The notes: generated by a model not told the origin, from the sequence alone. A DNA stretch of 64,000 nt from an uncultured Acidobacteriota bacterium (GCA_963770895.1 CAVYRF010000001.1:1120001-1184000); one strand, 5' to 3'. Positions 43,537 to 55,800 are shown, counted from the first letter of the stretch. Made by a program: numbers and translations.

Positions 43537-46500
43537 GTCCCGGAGCGCCGGCGGCGGACCGCCTGGCAGGGCTCTCACGCGAGCAGCGGGCGCTGCTGTT
43601 CGAACAGGTGCGCAAGCGCAAGGAGGCCGCCGCGGCGCCGTCCGGGCGCATCCCGCGCCGTCCGGCGAGCATGGCCGCGGTGCCCGCCTCGTTCGCCCAG
43701 GAGCGGCTCTGGTTCATGGACCGCCTGGCGCCCGGCAACCCCGCCTTCAATATCTCCTATGCCCTGCGCCTGCGAGGCCGCTCGTCGCCGGCGGTGGTGA
43801 CGGCGGTGCTCAACGAGGTGGTGCGCCGCCACGAGGCGCTGCGCACCACCTTTGCCGAGCGCGGCGGCCAGCCGCTGCAGGTGATCGCGCCGCCCGCGGC
43901 CGCCGGCCTGCGGCTGCCGGTGATCGACCTGGCGGCGCTGCCCGCCGGCAGGCGCGCCGCCGCCGTGCGCGGCCTGGCCGAGCGCGAGTCGCAATGGCGC
44001 TTCCGCCTGGAGAGCGGGCCGCTGTTGCGCACCCTGCTGCTGCGCCTGGCCCCCGACGAGCACGTGCTGATGCTCGTCATGCATCACATCATCTCCGACG
44101 GCTGGTCGATGGGAGTGCTGGCGCGCGAGATCACCGCGGTCTGGCGCGTGATCGCCGCCGCCGGCGCCGCGCCGCTGCCGCCGCTGCCCATCCAGTACGC
44201 CGACTTCGCGCTCTGGCAGCGCTCCTGGCTGAGCGGCGCCGAGCTGGAACGGCAGGTGGACTACTGGCGCCAGCGCCTGGCCGGCGCCGCCGACTCGCTC
44301 GACCTGCCGGCGGACCGGCCGCGGCCGGCGGCGCAGACCTACCGCGGGGCGCAGCTGCGCGGCGTGCTGGCGGCGGGCCTGATGGCGCGGCTGCGGCAGC
44401 TCGCGCGGCAGCACGAAGCCAGCCCCTACATGGCGCTGCTGGCGGGGTTCCAGGCGCTGCTGGGCCGGTTGAGCGGCCAGGGCGACCTGAGCGTCGGCTC
44501 GCCGATCGCCAATCGCAACCGCGCCGAGCTCGAGCCGCTCATCGGCTTCTTCGTCAACACCCTGGTGATGCGCGGCGACCTGGCGGGCGACCCGCCGTTC
44601 GACGACCTCCTGGCGCGCACCCGCAAGTCGGCGCTGGAGGCGTTCGCCCACCAGGACCTGCCGTTCGAGCGCCTGGTCGTCGAGCTACGGCCGGAGCGCC
44701 GGCTGTCGGTGACGCCGCTCTTTCAGGTCGTCTGCGCCCTGCAGAACGCGCCTTTGGGCGGCATGGACCTGCCCGGCCTGACGGTGGCCCCGGTCCCGCT
44801 CGAGGTGACGACCGCGCAGTTCGACCTGGAGCTGCACGGCTGGGAGCAGGACGACGGGTCGCTCCTGGCGATGGTCTACTACAGCACCGAGCTGTTCGAC
44901 GCCGCCACCGCGCGCCGCTTCGTGGGCCAGCTGGACACCCTGCTCGATGCGGCCACGGACGATCCCGGCCTGCGGCTGACCGCGCTGCCGCTGCTCACCG
45001 CCGCCGAGCGCCACCAGCTGCTGCGCGAATGGAGCCAGGGCGGCCCGTCGCCGGCGCTGGGTGCGCCGGACCTGGACATCGCCACGCGGGTTTTGGCGCG
45101 CGCCGCGCAGACCCCCGATGCCGTGGCCGTTGCCTGGAGCGGCGGCGAGCTGCGCTACGGCGAGCTGGCCGCCCGCGCCACGCAGCTTGCCGGCGACCTC
45201 GCTTCGCTTGGCGTCGCGGCGGACACGCTGGTCGGCGTCTGCGCCGGCCGCTCGCCCGAGCTGGTCATCGGCGCGCTGACGGTGCTGCTGGCGGGCGGCG
45301 CCTACCTGCCGCTCGATCCGTCCTATCCGCGCCAGCGCCTGGCCGCCATCGTCCGCCAGAGCGGCATCCGCATCCTGCTGGCGGCCGGCACGGCCGGTGT
45401 TGCGGGTGGGCCGGCCGATTGGGCGGCCCCCGAAGTACGCGTGCTGCCGATCGCGCGCCCGGCGCCCCCGGCCGCCGGCGACCCGGCAGCGCGCGCCGCC
45501 GACCCCCGCCAGCTCGCCTACGTGATCTACACGTCGGGTTCGACCGGGCAGCCCAAGGGGGTGGCGATCTCGCGGCACGGCCTGGCGGCGATGGTGGCCT
45601 GGCACCTGGACGCCTATGCGATCAGCGGGCAGGACCGCTCGGCGCTGCTTGCCTCGCCGGCCTTCGACGCCTCGGTCTGGGAGATGTGGCCCTACCTGGC
45701 GGCCGGCGCCAGCCTGCATATCCCCGACGACGAAGTGCGCCTGATGCCGGACCGCCTGCTCGCCTGGCTGGCGGCTCAGGCCATCACCCTGGCCCACCCC
45801 ACCACGCCGATGGCCGAGCCGCTGCTGGCGCAGCTGGACGCGACCGGCGCGCCGCCAGGTCTGCGGCTGCGGGCGATGCTCACCGGCGGCGACCGTCTGC
45901 AACGCCGGCCGCGCCAGGGGCTCGGCTTCGAGCTCTTCAATCACTACGGCCCCACCGAATCGAGCGTCGTCGCGACCGCGGCCCGCGTCGAGCCGCCGCC
46001 TGAGAGCAGCGGGGTTGGCGTGCGCCCGCCGTCGATCGGCCGCCCCATCGCCGGCAGCCGCGCCTACGTGGTCGACGCCCGCCTGGCGCCGGCGGCCGCC
46101 CTGGTGCCGGGCGAGCTGCTGCTGGGCGGCGAAGGCCTGGCGCGCGGTTACGCCGCGGCGCCCGACCAGACGGCACAGCGGTTCGTCCCCGACCCCTTCG
46201 CCGCGGCCCCCGGCGGCCAGCGCCTGTACCGCACCGGCGACTTGGTGCGCTGGCTGCCCGACGGCACCCTGGAGTTTCTCGGCCGCCTCGACAGCCAGGT
46301 CAAGCTCCGCGGCTTCCGCATCGAGCTGGGCGAGATCGGCAGCACCCTCCAGCGCCATCCAGCCGTCGCCGCCGCGGCCGTGGGCCTGGTGGATACCGGC
46401 GGCGGCCCGCGCCTCGCCGCCTGGGTCGTGCCGCGCACGCAAGCGGAGCTGGCCGCCGCCGGCTGGCAGCCGGCGGGTGACGACCACGTGGCCCAATGGC

Positions 46501-49500
46501 GGCGCCTCTACGACGAAACCTACCAAGCCGGCCAGCCCGCCGCGAACGGCGCAGAATCCGCCGGAACACCAGGCACAGCCGCCGGCGAAGCCGGCGAGAG
46601 CGACGCTCCGGCCGATTTCAACCTGCGCGGCTGGAACAGCAGCTACACCGGGCAGGCGATCCCGCCGGAGGAGATGCGCGAATGGGTTGACGGCACGGTC
46701 GAGCGGCTCCTTTCGCTCGCGCCCAGGCGCGTGCTGGAGATCGGCTGCGGCACCGGGCTGCTGCTGTTACGCGTCGCGCCGCATACCGAAAGCTACCTGG
46801 CGACCGACTTCTCGCGCGTCGCGCTCGCCGGCATCCGGCGCCGTCTGGACCAGCCCGGCCGCGACCTGCCCCAGGTGCGCCTGCTGGAGGCCGCCGCCGA
46901 CGACTGGAGCGGCATCCCCGCGGGCGCCTTCGACCTGGTGATCCTCAATTCGGTCGTGCAGTACTTTCCCGGCGTCGACTACCTGCTGCGTGTGCTCGCA
47001 GGCGCCGTGCACGCCCTGGCGCCGGGCGGCGCGATCTTCGTCGGCGACGTGCGCAGCCTGCCGCTGCTGCCGGCGCAGGCTCTTTCCGTCGAGCTGTTTC
47101 AGGCGCCGGACGCCTGCCGCACCGACGACCTGGCGCGGCGGGTGCGGCGGCGGGTGGTGGGCGAAGAGGAGCTTGCCCTCGATCCGCGCTTCTTCGGTGT
47201 GGCGGCGCGCCGCCTGGGCGCGACGCGCGACGCCGCGGTGTTGATCAAGCGAGGCCGCGCCCACAACGAGCTGACGCGCTTCCGCTACGACGCCTTGCTG
47301 CGCTTCGACACCGGCGCCGCGGGCCAGGCCGCGCCGGTCCGCGCGGCGGCATGGCACTCCGTATCCGGCCTGGAGGTGGACGCCGACGGGCTCGATCTGC
47401 CGGCCATCGAAAATCTCCTGCGCGACCTCGCCGCCGGCGGCACCGCTGCCGGCAGCGAGTCCCTGGTCCTGTCGCGCCTGCCCAACGCGCGGCTCGCCGC
47501 CGAGGCCGCGGCGCTCGCACTGCTCGAACGCCACGACCGCGCCGCCGCCACCGCCGGCGAGCTGCGCCAGGCGGCGCACCAGCGCGCGACCGCGGGGGTC
47601 GATCCCGAGGCGCTGTGGCAGCTGGCGCACGCCCACGGCTGGGACGCCGATCTGCTGGTCGAACCCACGGCGCCAGTCCACTTTGCCGCCGTCCTGCGCC
47701 GCCGCGCTCATCCCGCCGGAGCACAGGGCGCCGCGCCCGCATCCGTGCCCGCGTCCGCAGCGTCCGGCGCGCCAGAAGCGCCGCTCGCCGCCGCGGGCCT
47801 GGACACGCTGGCGCTGCAGTCGCTGGCCAACGATCCGCTGCGCGGCCCGCTGGAGCGCCGCCTGGTGCCGGAGCTGCGCCGCGACCTGGCGGCCAGGCTG
47901 CCGGACTACATGGTGCCGGCGGCGTTCGTGCTGCTCGATCGCCTGCCGCTCACCCACAACGGCAAGGTCGACCAGGCGGCCCTGCCAGCGCCGGACGCCC
48001 TGGGCGATGCCAAGCGGGAAGGCACTCCGCCGCACCCCGGCCTTGAGGCCCGCCTGGCCGCGGTATGGGGCGAGCTGCTCGGCATCGCCACCCCCGGCGG
48101 TCAAGCGGGGGAAGCGGGGGAGCCGGGGGCCGCGGCGGCATCGGCCGGCGTGGCCGGCGCGGGCGCCGCGGGCATCGCGCGCGAAGACAACTTCTTCGAG
48201 CTGGGCGGCCACTCGCTGCTGGCAACCCAGCTGGTCTCCCGCCTGCGCACCGTTTTCGGCGTCGACCTGCCGCTGCGGCGGGTGTTCGAAAAGCCGGTCC
48301 TGGCCGACCTGTGCGACGCCCTGGCGCAGGAGCTGGCGGCGCATCCCGAGGCAGCGGCCCTCGTCGCGCTCACCGCGCTGGCCGCGCCCCCGGTCGCCGG
48401 TAACGCCGCCGTCGCCGTCGCCGCCCTCGACCAGCCGGCGGGACCCGTCGAGGCGCCGCTATCGTTTGCCCAGGAGCGCTTCTGGGCCGCCACCCGCGAC
48501 GCGCCCACGGCCTACAACGTGCCGTCGCCGCTGCGCCTGGTCGGCGCCCTGCGCCACCAGGTCGTCGAGCGCTGCTTCGGCGAAGTGCTGCGGCGCCACG
48601 GCACGCTGCGCACCCGCTTCGTCGAGCGCGCGGATGGGGAGCTGCGCCAGGTCGTCGAGCCGCCGCGCCCCTGGCACCTGCCGCAGATCGACCTCAGCCG
48701 CCTGCCCGCCGCCGCCCGCCAGAGCGAAGCGCGGCGGCTGGTCGACGAAGACACCTGCCGGCCCTTCGATCTCGCCGCCGGCAAGGTCTTTCGCGCCGCC
48801 CTGGCCCGGCTCACGCCGGGCGAGCACGTGCTGCTGATCAACGCCCACCACATCGTCGTCGACGGCTGGTCGATGGGCCTGATGGTGGGCGAGCTGACCG
48901 CGCTCTACCACGCCTTTGCCAACGGCCAGGCCTCGCCGCTGCCCGAGCTGACGGCGCGCTACGTCGACCTGGCGCTCGAACAGCGCCAGCGGCTGTCGGG
49001 CGCCGTCCTCGCAGAGCGCCTCGACCTGTGGCAGCGCCGCCTGGCCGGCGCCCCGCCGATGCTCGCCCTGCCCACCGACCGGCCGCGCCCGCTCCATCCC
49101 ACCCATCGCGGCGATCGCATCCGGCGCCTGCTCCCCACCGTCCAGCTGGAGCGCCTGAAGGCGATCAGCAACCGCGCCCGCGCCTCCCTCTACATGACCC
49201 TGCTCGCCGCCCTGGCGCTGGTCCTGGAGCGCGTCACCGGCCAGCACGACATGGTGGTCGGCACACCGCTCGCCGGGCGCCTGCGCGCCGAATCCGAGCC
49301 GCTCATCGGCGTCTTTCTGAACATGCTGCCGTTGCGCGTCGACCTGACCGGCAGCCACAGCTTCGCGGAGCTCCTGCCGCGCGTCCGCAAGACCGTCCTG
49401 GAAGGCTTCGAAAACCAGGAGGTCCCCTTCGAGCCCCTGCTGCGGCGCCTGGGCCTGCGCCGCCAGGCCTCGCACTACCCGCTGTTCCAGATCACCCTCA

Positions 49501-49742
49501 ACATGCTCAACCTCCCCGAGACCGGCGGCCGCCTCCCCGGCCTCGCCGTCGAGCCGCTGCCCCTCCACCAATTCGAATCGAAATACGACTTCACCCTCTA
49601 CGCCATCGAAGTCCCCGACGGCCTCATCCTGGACCTGCTCTACAGCCGCGAGCTCTTCGACCGCCCACGCATGGATGCCCTCCTGGACGACCTGATGGTC
49701 ACCCTGGACCACGCCGTCGCGACGGACCCCGTTCACGCCTGA
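43533..49742 (+). CDS. NRPS, C-A-nMT-PCP-C
   Basis: ATG 43533 overlaps the upstream TGA; the ORF-track start at 41739 lies inside the previous gene. C HHIISDGWS, A8 code DAWHLGHVVK (Leu-like), nMT VLEIGCGTG, PCP GGHSL, terminal C HHIVVDGWS. Confidence 0.93.
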   Translation: MSPGAPAADRLAGLSREQRALLFEQVRKRKEAAAAPSGRIPRRPASMAAVPASFAQERLWFMDRLAPGNPAFNISYALRLRGRSSPAVVTAVLNEVVRRHEALRTTFAERGGQPLQVIAPPAAAGLRLPVIDLAALPAGRRAAAVRGLAERESQWRFRLESGPLLRTLLLRLAPDEHVLMLVMHHIISDGWSMGVLAREITAVWRVIAAAGAAPLPPLPIQYADFALWQRSWLSGAELERQVDYWRQRLAGAADSLDLPADRPRPAAQTYRGAQLRGVLAAGLMARLRQLARQHEASPYMALLAGFQALLGRLSGQGDLSVGSPIANRNRAELEPLIGFFVNTLVMRGDLAGDPPFDDLLARTRKSALEAFAHQDLPFERLVVELRPERRLSVTPLFQVVCALQNAPLGGMDLPGLTVAPVPLEVTTAQFDLELHGWEQDDGSLLAMVYYSTELFDAATARRFVGQLDTLLDAATDDPGLRLTALPLLTAAERHQLLREWSQGGPSPALGAPDLDIATRVLARAAQTPDAVAVAWSGGELRYGELAARATQLAGDLASLGVAADTLVGVCAGRSPELVIGALTVLLAGGAYLPLDPSYPRQRLAAIVRQSGIRILLAAGTAGVAGGPADWAAPEVRVLPIARPAPPAAGDPAARAADPRQLAYVIYTSGSTGQPKGVAISRHGLAAMVAWHLDAYAISGQDRSALLASPAFDASVWEMWPYLAAGASLHIPDDEVRLMPDRLLAWLAAQAITLAHPTTPMAEPLLAQLDATGAPPGLRLRAMLTGGDRLQRRPRQGLGFELFNHYGPTESSVVATAARVEPPPESSGVGVRPPSIGRPIAGSRAYVVDARLAPAAALVPGELLLGGEGLARGYAAAPDQTAQRFVPDPFAAAPGGQRLYRTGDLVRWLPDGTLEFLGRLDSQVKLRGFRIELGEIGSTLQRHPAVAAAAVGLVDTGGGPRLAAWVVPRTQAELAAAGWQPAGDDHVAQWRRLYDETYQAGQPAANGAESAGTPGTAAGEAGESDAPADFNLRGWNSSYTGQAIPPEEMREWVDGTVERLLSLAPRRVLEIGCGTGLLLLRVAPHTESYLATDFSRVALAGIRRRLDQPGRDLPQVRLLEAAADDWSGIPAGAFDLVILNSVVQYFPGVDYLLRVLAGAVHALAPGGAIFVGDVRSLPLLPAQALSVELFQAPDACRTDDLARRVRRRVVGEEELALDPRFFGVAARRLGATRDAAVLIKRGRAHNELTRFRYDALLRFDTGAAGQAAPVRAAAWHSVSGLEVDADGLDLPAIENLLRDLAAGGTAAGSESLVLSRLPNARLAAEAAALALLERHDRAAATAGELRQAAHQRATAGVDPEALWQLAHAHGWDADLLVEPTAPVHFAAVLRRRAHPAGAQGAAPASVPASAASGAPEAPLAAAGLDTLALQSLANDPLRGPLERRLVPELRRDLAARLPDYMVPAAFVLLDRLPLTHNGKVDQAALPAPDALGDAKREGTPPHPGLEARLAAVWGELLGIATPGGQAGEAGEPGAAAASAGVAGAGAAGIAREDNFFELGGHSLLATQLVSRLRTVFGVDLPLRRVFEKPVLADLCDALAQELAAHPEAAALVALTALAAPPVAGNAAVAVAALDQPAGPVEAPLSFAQERFWAATRDAPTAYNVPSPLRLVGALRHQVVERCFGEVLRRHGTLRTRFVERADGELRQVVEPPRPWHLPQIDLSRLPAAARQSEARRLVDEDTCRPFDLAAGKVFRAALARLTPGEHVLLINAHHIVVDGWSMGLMVGELTALYHAFANGQASPLPELTARYVDLALEQRQRLSGAVLAERLDLWQRRLAGAPPMLALPTDRPRPLHPTHRGDRIRRLLPTVQLERLKAISNRARASLYMTLLAALALVLERVTGQHDMVVGTPLAGRLRAESEPLIGVFLNMLPLRVDLTGSHSFAELLPRVRKTVLEGFENQEVPFEPLLRRLGLRRQASHYPLFQITLNMLNLPETGGRLPGLAVEPLPLHQFESKYDFTLYAIEVPDGLILDLLYSRELFDRPRMDALLDDLMVTLDHAVATDPVHA

Positions 49743-49871
49743 ATCGCTGCGCGGTTCGGCAAGTCCCGCCTGCCGCCCCTTCCGGCACTTCCATAGTGCC
49801 GCCCCCACAGCCGCAGAATTCAACCTTCCTTCGTGGGCGGAGGCCGGGAGCCGAATGCAAGGACCGGGAGG

Positions 49872-52800
49872 ATGACGCCGGAGAACCTGGAATCCATCTA
49901 CCGGTTGTCGCCGGTCAACGAGGGCATGCTCTCCTTCGCGCAGGAGCGGCTGTGGTCCCTCGACCAGCTGCAGGGCGGCGCGCTCAACAACGTGCCGCTC
50001 GCGCTGCGGATGAGCGGCGAGCTGCGGGTGGCGCTGCTGGCGCGGGCGCTCGCGGAGGTGCGGCGGCGTCACCAGGTGCTGCGGGCGGTGTTTCGCGGCG
50101 ACGGTGGCGACGGCGGTGGCGGCCAGGTGCGGCAGATGGTGCTGCCGCCGGCCGGCGCGGACCTCGGACTGGTGGACCTTACGGCGCTGCCCATCGCGCG
50201 GCGGCAGCCGGCGGCGGCGGAGGGGATCGCGGCGGAAGCGCGGCGCCCCTTCGACCTGGCGCGAGGGCCGCTGCTGCGGACGCGGCTCTTCCAGCTGGGC
50301 GAGACCGAGCACCTGCTGCTGGTCGAGCTGCATCCCATCGTCGGCGACGGCTGGTCGACGGGGGTGCTGGTACGGGAGGTGGCGGCGCTCTACCGGGCCT
50401 TTTTCCTGGGGGAGGCGTCGCCGCTCGGCGAGCTGCCGGTGCAGTATGCGGACTTCGCGGCCTGGCAGCGGAGCTGGCTCTCCGGCGAGGTCCTGGCGCG
50501 GCAGCTGGCGTTCTGGCGCGAGCACCTGGCCGGGGCCCCGCCGGTGCTCGAGCTGCCGACCGACCGGCCGCGTCCCCAGCTGCAGAACCTGCGCGGCCGG
50601 CGGCTGGCGGTCGATCTCGATCGGTCGCTCGCCGACGCACTGGTCGCGCTCGGGCAGCGGCACCGCGCGACGCTCTTCATGGTGCTCGCCGCGGCGTTCC
50701 AGGCCCTGCTGGCGCGGACCAGCGGCGCGCCCGAGATCTGCCTGGGCACGCCGGTCGCAGGCCGCACGCGGCCTGAGACCGAAGGGCTGATCGGCCCGTT
50801 CGCCAACACCCTGGTGCTGCGCGGCGACCTGTCTCGCGATCCAACGTTTGCCGACCACCTGGCGGCGGTGCGGCGGGACGTGGTGGCGGCCTCCGAGCAC
50901 CAGGAGCTGCCGTTCGCAAAGCTCCTTGCCGCGCTGGTGCCGGAGCACCAGCGCAGCCTGGCGCACACGCCGCTGTTCCAGGTGATGCTGGCGCTGCAGA
51001 ACGCGCCGGTGGGACCGCTGGACCTGCCGGGCGTCCGGCTCGAGCCGCTCGCCTTGGAGAACCCCTGCGCACGCTTCGACCTGACGCTGACGCTGGCCGA
51101 GGCCGCCCGCGGCCTCGCGGGATCCATGGAGTACGGCGTGGCGCTCTTCGACCGCGCGACGATCGCGCGGCTGGCGGCACAGCTCGAGACCTTGCTGCGC
51201 AGCGTCACCTCGACCGTGACGGGCGCGGCGGGCGCGGAGCAACGGATCTCGGCGCTCGCGCTGCTCGGCGCCGCGGAGCGCCAGCAGCTGCTCGTCGAGT
51301 GGCGGGGGCAGGCGGGCCAGGCCCCCGCGGTGACCGTGCCGGAACGGCTGGCGCTCCAGGCGTCGCGGACGCCGACGGCCGTGGCGCTCGAGTGGCGGGA
51401 CCAGCGGTTGACCTATGGTGAGCTGGCGCGGCGCGCCGGCCTGGTGGCACGCCGCCTGCGCGCCGCCGGCGTCGGCGCGGAGACGCGGGTGGGGCTGCTG
51501 GTCGAGCGGTCGCTCGACCTGGTGACAGGCCTCCTGGGGATCTGGCTGGCGGGAGGGGCGGCGGTGCCGCTCGATCCCGGACAGCCGGCTTCGCGCCTGC
51601 AGCAGCTGCTCGACGACGCCCTGCCGGCCGGCGCCGCTGCCCTGGTGTCGCAGCGCAGCCTGGCGGAGCTCCATGCGTCGCTGCGCCTGGGATCGCTGCC
51701 CGTCGTCTGGATGGAAGACGCGGCACAGGCCGCTGCGGAGGCCGGGCCGGCGCTCTCGCCGCCCGCGCCGGGGGACTTGGCCTACCTGGTCTACACCTCG
51801 GGCAGCACCGGCCGGCCGAAAGCGGTCATGGTGGAGCACGGCAGCCTGGCCCACACCATGGCGGCGTACGAGGCGTGCGGCCTGGCGGTCGCCGAGCGCG
51901 TCCCGATCCTGGCGCCGGCGACGTTCGACGCCTTCTTCTGTGAGCTGCTGCCGCTTTTGACCGGCGGCACGGCGGTGCTCTTCGACATCCGGCCGGTCCT
52001 CGACCAGCAGCTCCTGCTCGCCGAGCTGGAGCGGGCGACGGTGCTGTTCGCGACGCCGGCGCTGATGCGGCAGCTGACGGCGGCGCTCCTCGAGCGGGCG
52101 GCGCGGGGCTCCCGCCCGCCGCGGCTGCGCTGGGTGTGGAGCGGCGGCGAAGCGGTGGGGCGCGACCTCGTGGCGGCGATGCGGCGGGCGTTTCCGGGCT
52201 CGCGCATCGGGGTGCTCTACGGCCCCACCGAAACCACTGTCGACGCGCTGTGGGACGAGCCGGACGCGGAGACCCACAACGGGCTCGGCTGGCCGTTGCC
52301 GGGCGTGACGGTGGAGGTGCGGGACGCCGCGTGGTCGCTCGCGCCGGCCGGCTCGCCGGGCGAGCTGTGGCTGGGCGGGCCGGGGCTGGCGCGCGGCTAC
52401 CTGGGCCGCCCGGACCTGACGGCCGAGCGCTTCGTGCCGTCGCCGTCGGGGCGGGGGGCGCGGCTCTACCGCTCGGGGGACCTGGTGCGGTTTCGTCCCA
52501 ACGGCCGCCTGGAGTTCCTGGGGCGGATGGATCAGCAGGTCAAGCTGCGCGGCATCCGCGTCGAGCCCGGCGAGGTGGAGGCGGTGTTGGCGGACTTCCC
52601 GGGGGTCGCCGCGGCGGCGGTGCTGGTGCGGCGGCACGCCGCGGGCGACGAGCGGCTGGTGGCCTGCGTGGCGGCGGCGGCCGGCCTGCAGATCGGCGAG
52701 CTGCGCCGGTTCGCCGAGTCGCGGCTGCCTTCCTACATGGTGCCGAACCAGTTTGTCCTGCTGGAGGGGCTGCCGCTGACGCGGCACGGCAAGGTGGACC

Positions 52801-55800
52801 GGCGCGCCCTGTCCGAGCTGGCGATGGCGGAGGCGCCCGCGGCAGCGGCCGCGCGCGAGCCGCAGGCGGCAGCCCGGGCGGTCGCGATCGTCGGCATGGC
52901 CGGGCGCTTTCCCGGCGCGCCCGATCTCGCGGCCTTCTGGCGCAACCTGCGCGACGGCATCGAGTCGATCTCGTTCTTCACCGACGCCGAGCTCGACCGC
53001 GCCGGGGTCCGCCGCGAGCTGCGCCAGACCCCCGGTTACGTCGCCGCCGCGGGAGTGCTGCCGGAGGCCGACCTGTTCGACGCCGGCTTCTTTGACGTCG
53101 GACCGCGCGAGGCGCAGATCATGGACCCGCAGCAGCGGGTGCTCCTGGAGGTCGCGGCCGAGGCGCTGGAGCGCGCCGGCTACGGCGCCGGCAGCCTGGC
53201 GGCCGGGGCGGCGCGCATCGGCGTCTTCGCCGGCGGCGGCACCAGCACCTACGCCCTCAATCATCTGATCGGCCGCGCCGAGTTCGACGGGCTGGAGCTG
53301 GCGCTCGGCAACGACAGCGACTTCCTGGCCACCCGCCTCTCCTACAAGCTCGACCTCAAAGGTCCGGCGGTGACCGTGCAGACCGCCTGCTCCACGTCGC
53401 TCGTGGCGGTGCACCAGGCGGTGCGCAGCCTGCTCGACGGCGAGTGCGACCTGGCGTTGGCGGGCGGGGTGAACGTCACCTCGACGCAGTTCGACGGGCA
53501 TGTCTACCAGGAGGGAGGCATCGTCTCGCCGGACGGTCACAACCGGGCGTTCGACGCCCGCGCCAAAGGGTCGGTCAGCGGCAACGGCGCCGGCGTGGTG
53601 GTGCTCAAGCCGCTGGCGCGGGCGCTGGCCGACGGCGACCCGATCCACGCCGTGGTCCTGGGCTCGGCGCTCAACAACGACGGCGCCGGCAAGGTCGGCT
53701 TCACGGCGCCTGCGGAGCTGGGGCAGGCGCAGGTCATCGCCGCCGCGCAGGCGGCGGCCGGGGTGTCGCCGGAAAGCATCGGCTACGTCGAGGCGCACGG
53801 CAGCGCGACGCCGGTCGGCGATCCGATCGAGATCGCGGCGTTGACCCGCGCCTTCCGGGCCGGCACCGCGCGGCAGGGGTTCTGCGCCGTCGGCTCGGTC
53901 AAGACCAACATCGGCCACAACGGCTCCGCCGCCGGGATCGCCGGCCTGCTCAAGACCGTGCTCGCCCTGGCGCATGGGCAGATCCCGGCGAGCCTGCACT
54001 ACGAGCGGCCCAACCCGCAGATCGATTTCGCCTCGAGCCCGTTCTACGTGCCACGCGAGCTGGCCGGATGGCCGGCGGGCGGGGCGCCGCGGCGGGCGGG
54101 GGTGAGCTCTTTCGGCCTCGGCGGCACCAACGTCCACGTCGTCCTCGAGGAGGCGCCGGCGCCGCCGCCGGCAGCCGCACCGTCGCGCCCCTGGCAGCCG
54201 CTGGTGCTGTCGGCGCGCACCGCGGCCGCCCTGGAGGCGGCGACCGATCGCCTGGTGGCGCACCTCGAAGCCCATCCGGACGCGGACCTGGCGGACGTGG
54301 CGGCGACCCTGGCGACCGGCCGCAAGGGGCACTCGTGGCGGCGGGCAGTGGTCTGCCGCGACACCCGCGAGGCGCGCCAGCTGCTCGCGGCGCGCGATCC
54401 GCGGCGGCTGCTCTCGGCGACGGTGGACGGCGCCAGCCGGCCGGTGGCGTTCCTCTTCTCGGGGCCGGATGAGCAGTACCCGGCGATGGCGGCCGGGCTC
54501 TATCGCGACGAGCCGGCCTTCCGCGAGCGCCTGGACCGCCATGCCGCAGTGCTCGCGCCGCTGCTCGGCGTCGATCCGCTGGCGGTGCTCTTCGCCCCGG
54601 CGGCGCCCCTCGCGCCCACCGCGGTGTCGCAGCCGCTGCTCTTCGCCGTCGAGCTGGCGCTCGCCGAGCTCTGGCGGCAGTGGGGCGTCGAGCCGCAGGC
54701 GATGCTCGGCCACGGCCTGGGCGAGTACGTGGCCGCCTGCGTCGCCGGCGTGTTCTCCGCCGAGGCGGCGCTGCGGCTGGTGGTGGAGCGGGCGCGGCGG
54801 ATCGACGCCCTTTCGCCGGGGGCGATGCTCGCCGTGCCGCTGGGCCGCGAGGAGCTGCAACCGCTGCTGCCGGACCAGGCGTGGATGGCGGCGGTCGACG
54901 GACCGCGTACGTCCGTCGTCTCGGGCACGCCGGCGGCGATCGCGCAGCTGGCGCGGCGGCTCGACGAGCAGGGGATCGCCAGCCGGCTGCTCGCCACGAC
55001 GCACGCCTTGCACTGCCCGCTGCTCGCGCCGGCGGCCGCGGCGCTCGCGGAGCTGCTGCGCCAGGTGCCGCTGGCGGCGCCTCGCATCCCCTGCCTGTCG
55101 AGCCTCACCGGGACCTGGATCACCGCGTCGCAGGCCACCGATCCGGGCTACTGGGCCGAGCAGCTGTGCCGGCCGGTGCAGTTCGCGGCCGGGGTCGCCG
55201 AGCTGTGGCGGGAGCCCGGGCGGGTGTTGGTCGAGATCGGGCCGGGGGCCAACCTGGCGTCGCTCGCCCTGCAGCAGCCGGCCGGCGGCGCGGCCGACCC
55301 GGTGGCGGTTTCGTCGCTGCCGGAGGCGTACGAACGGCAGCCGGACCGCGCCCACCTGCTGGGCGCCGCGGCCAGGCTCTGGCTCTCCGGGGTGCGGCTC
55401 GACTGGCGGGCGGTCTGGGGCGGGGAGCGGCGGCGCCGTCTGGCCCTGCCCACCTACCCCTTCGAGCGGCAGCGCTACTGGATCGAGCGCCTCGGGCCGG
55501 CGGCCCGGACGCGGCTGGACGCGCTCCCCGAGACAGCGCCGGAGAGCGGCCCGCGGCTCTACCTGCCGGCGTGGCGGCTGACGCCGTCTCTGCCGGCGCC
55601 GGACGCCGCCCGGCTGCGGGGGCAGGGGGCGCCCTGGCTGGTGCTCTCCGACGACGCCGGCCTCGGCCGCTGCATCACGGCGCGGCTGCGGCAGGCCGGG
55701 GCGCGGGTGGTGGAGGTGGCGGCCGGCGACGGCTTCGCCGCCCTCGGTGCGGATGCCTTCCGCGTCGACCCGCGGGAGCCGGGCGATTACGGCCTGCTGG

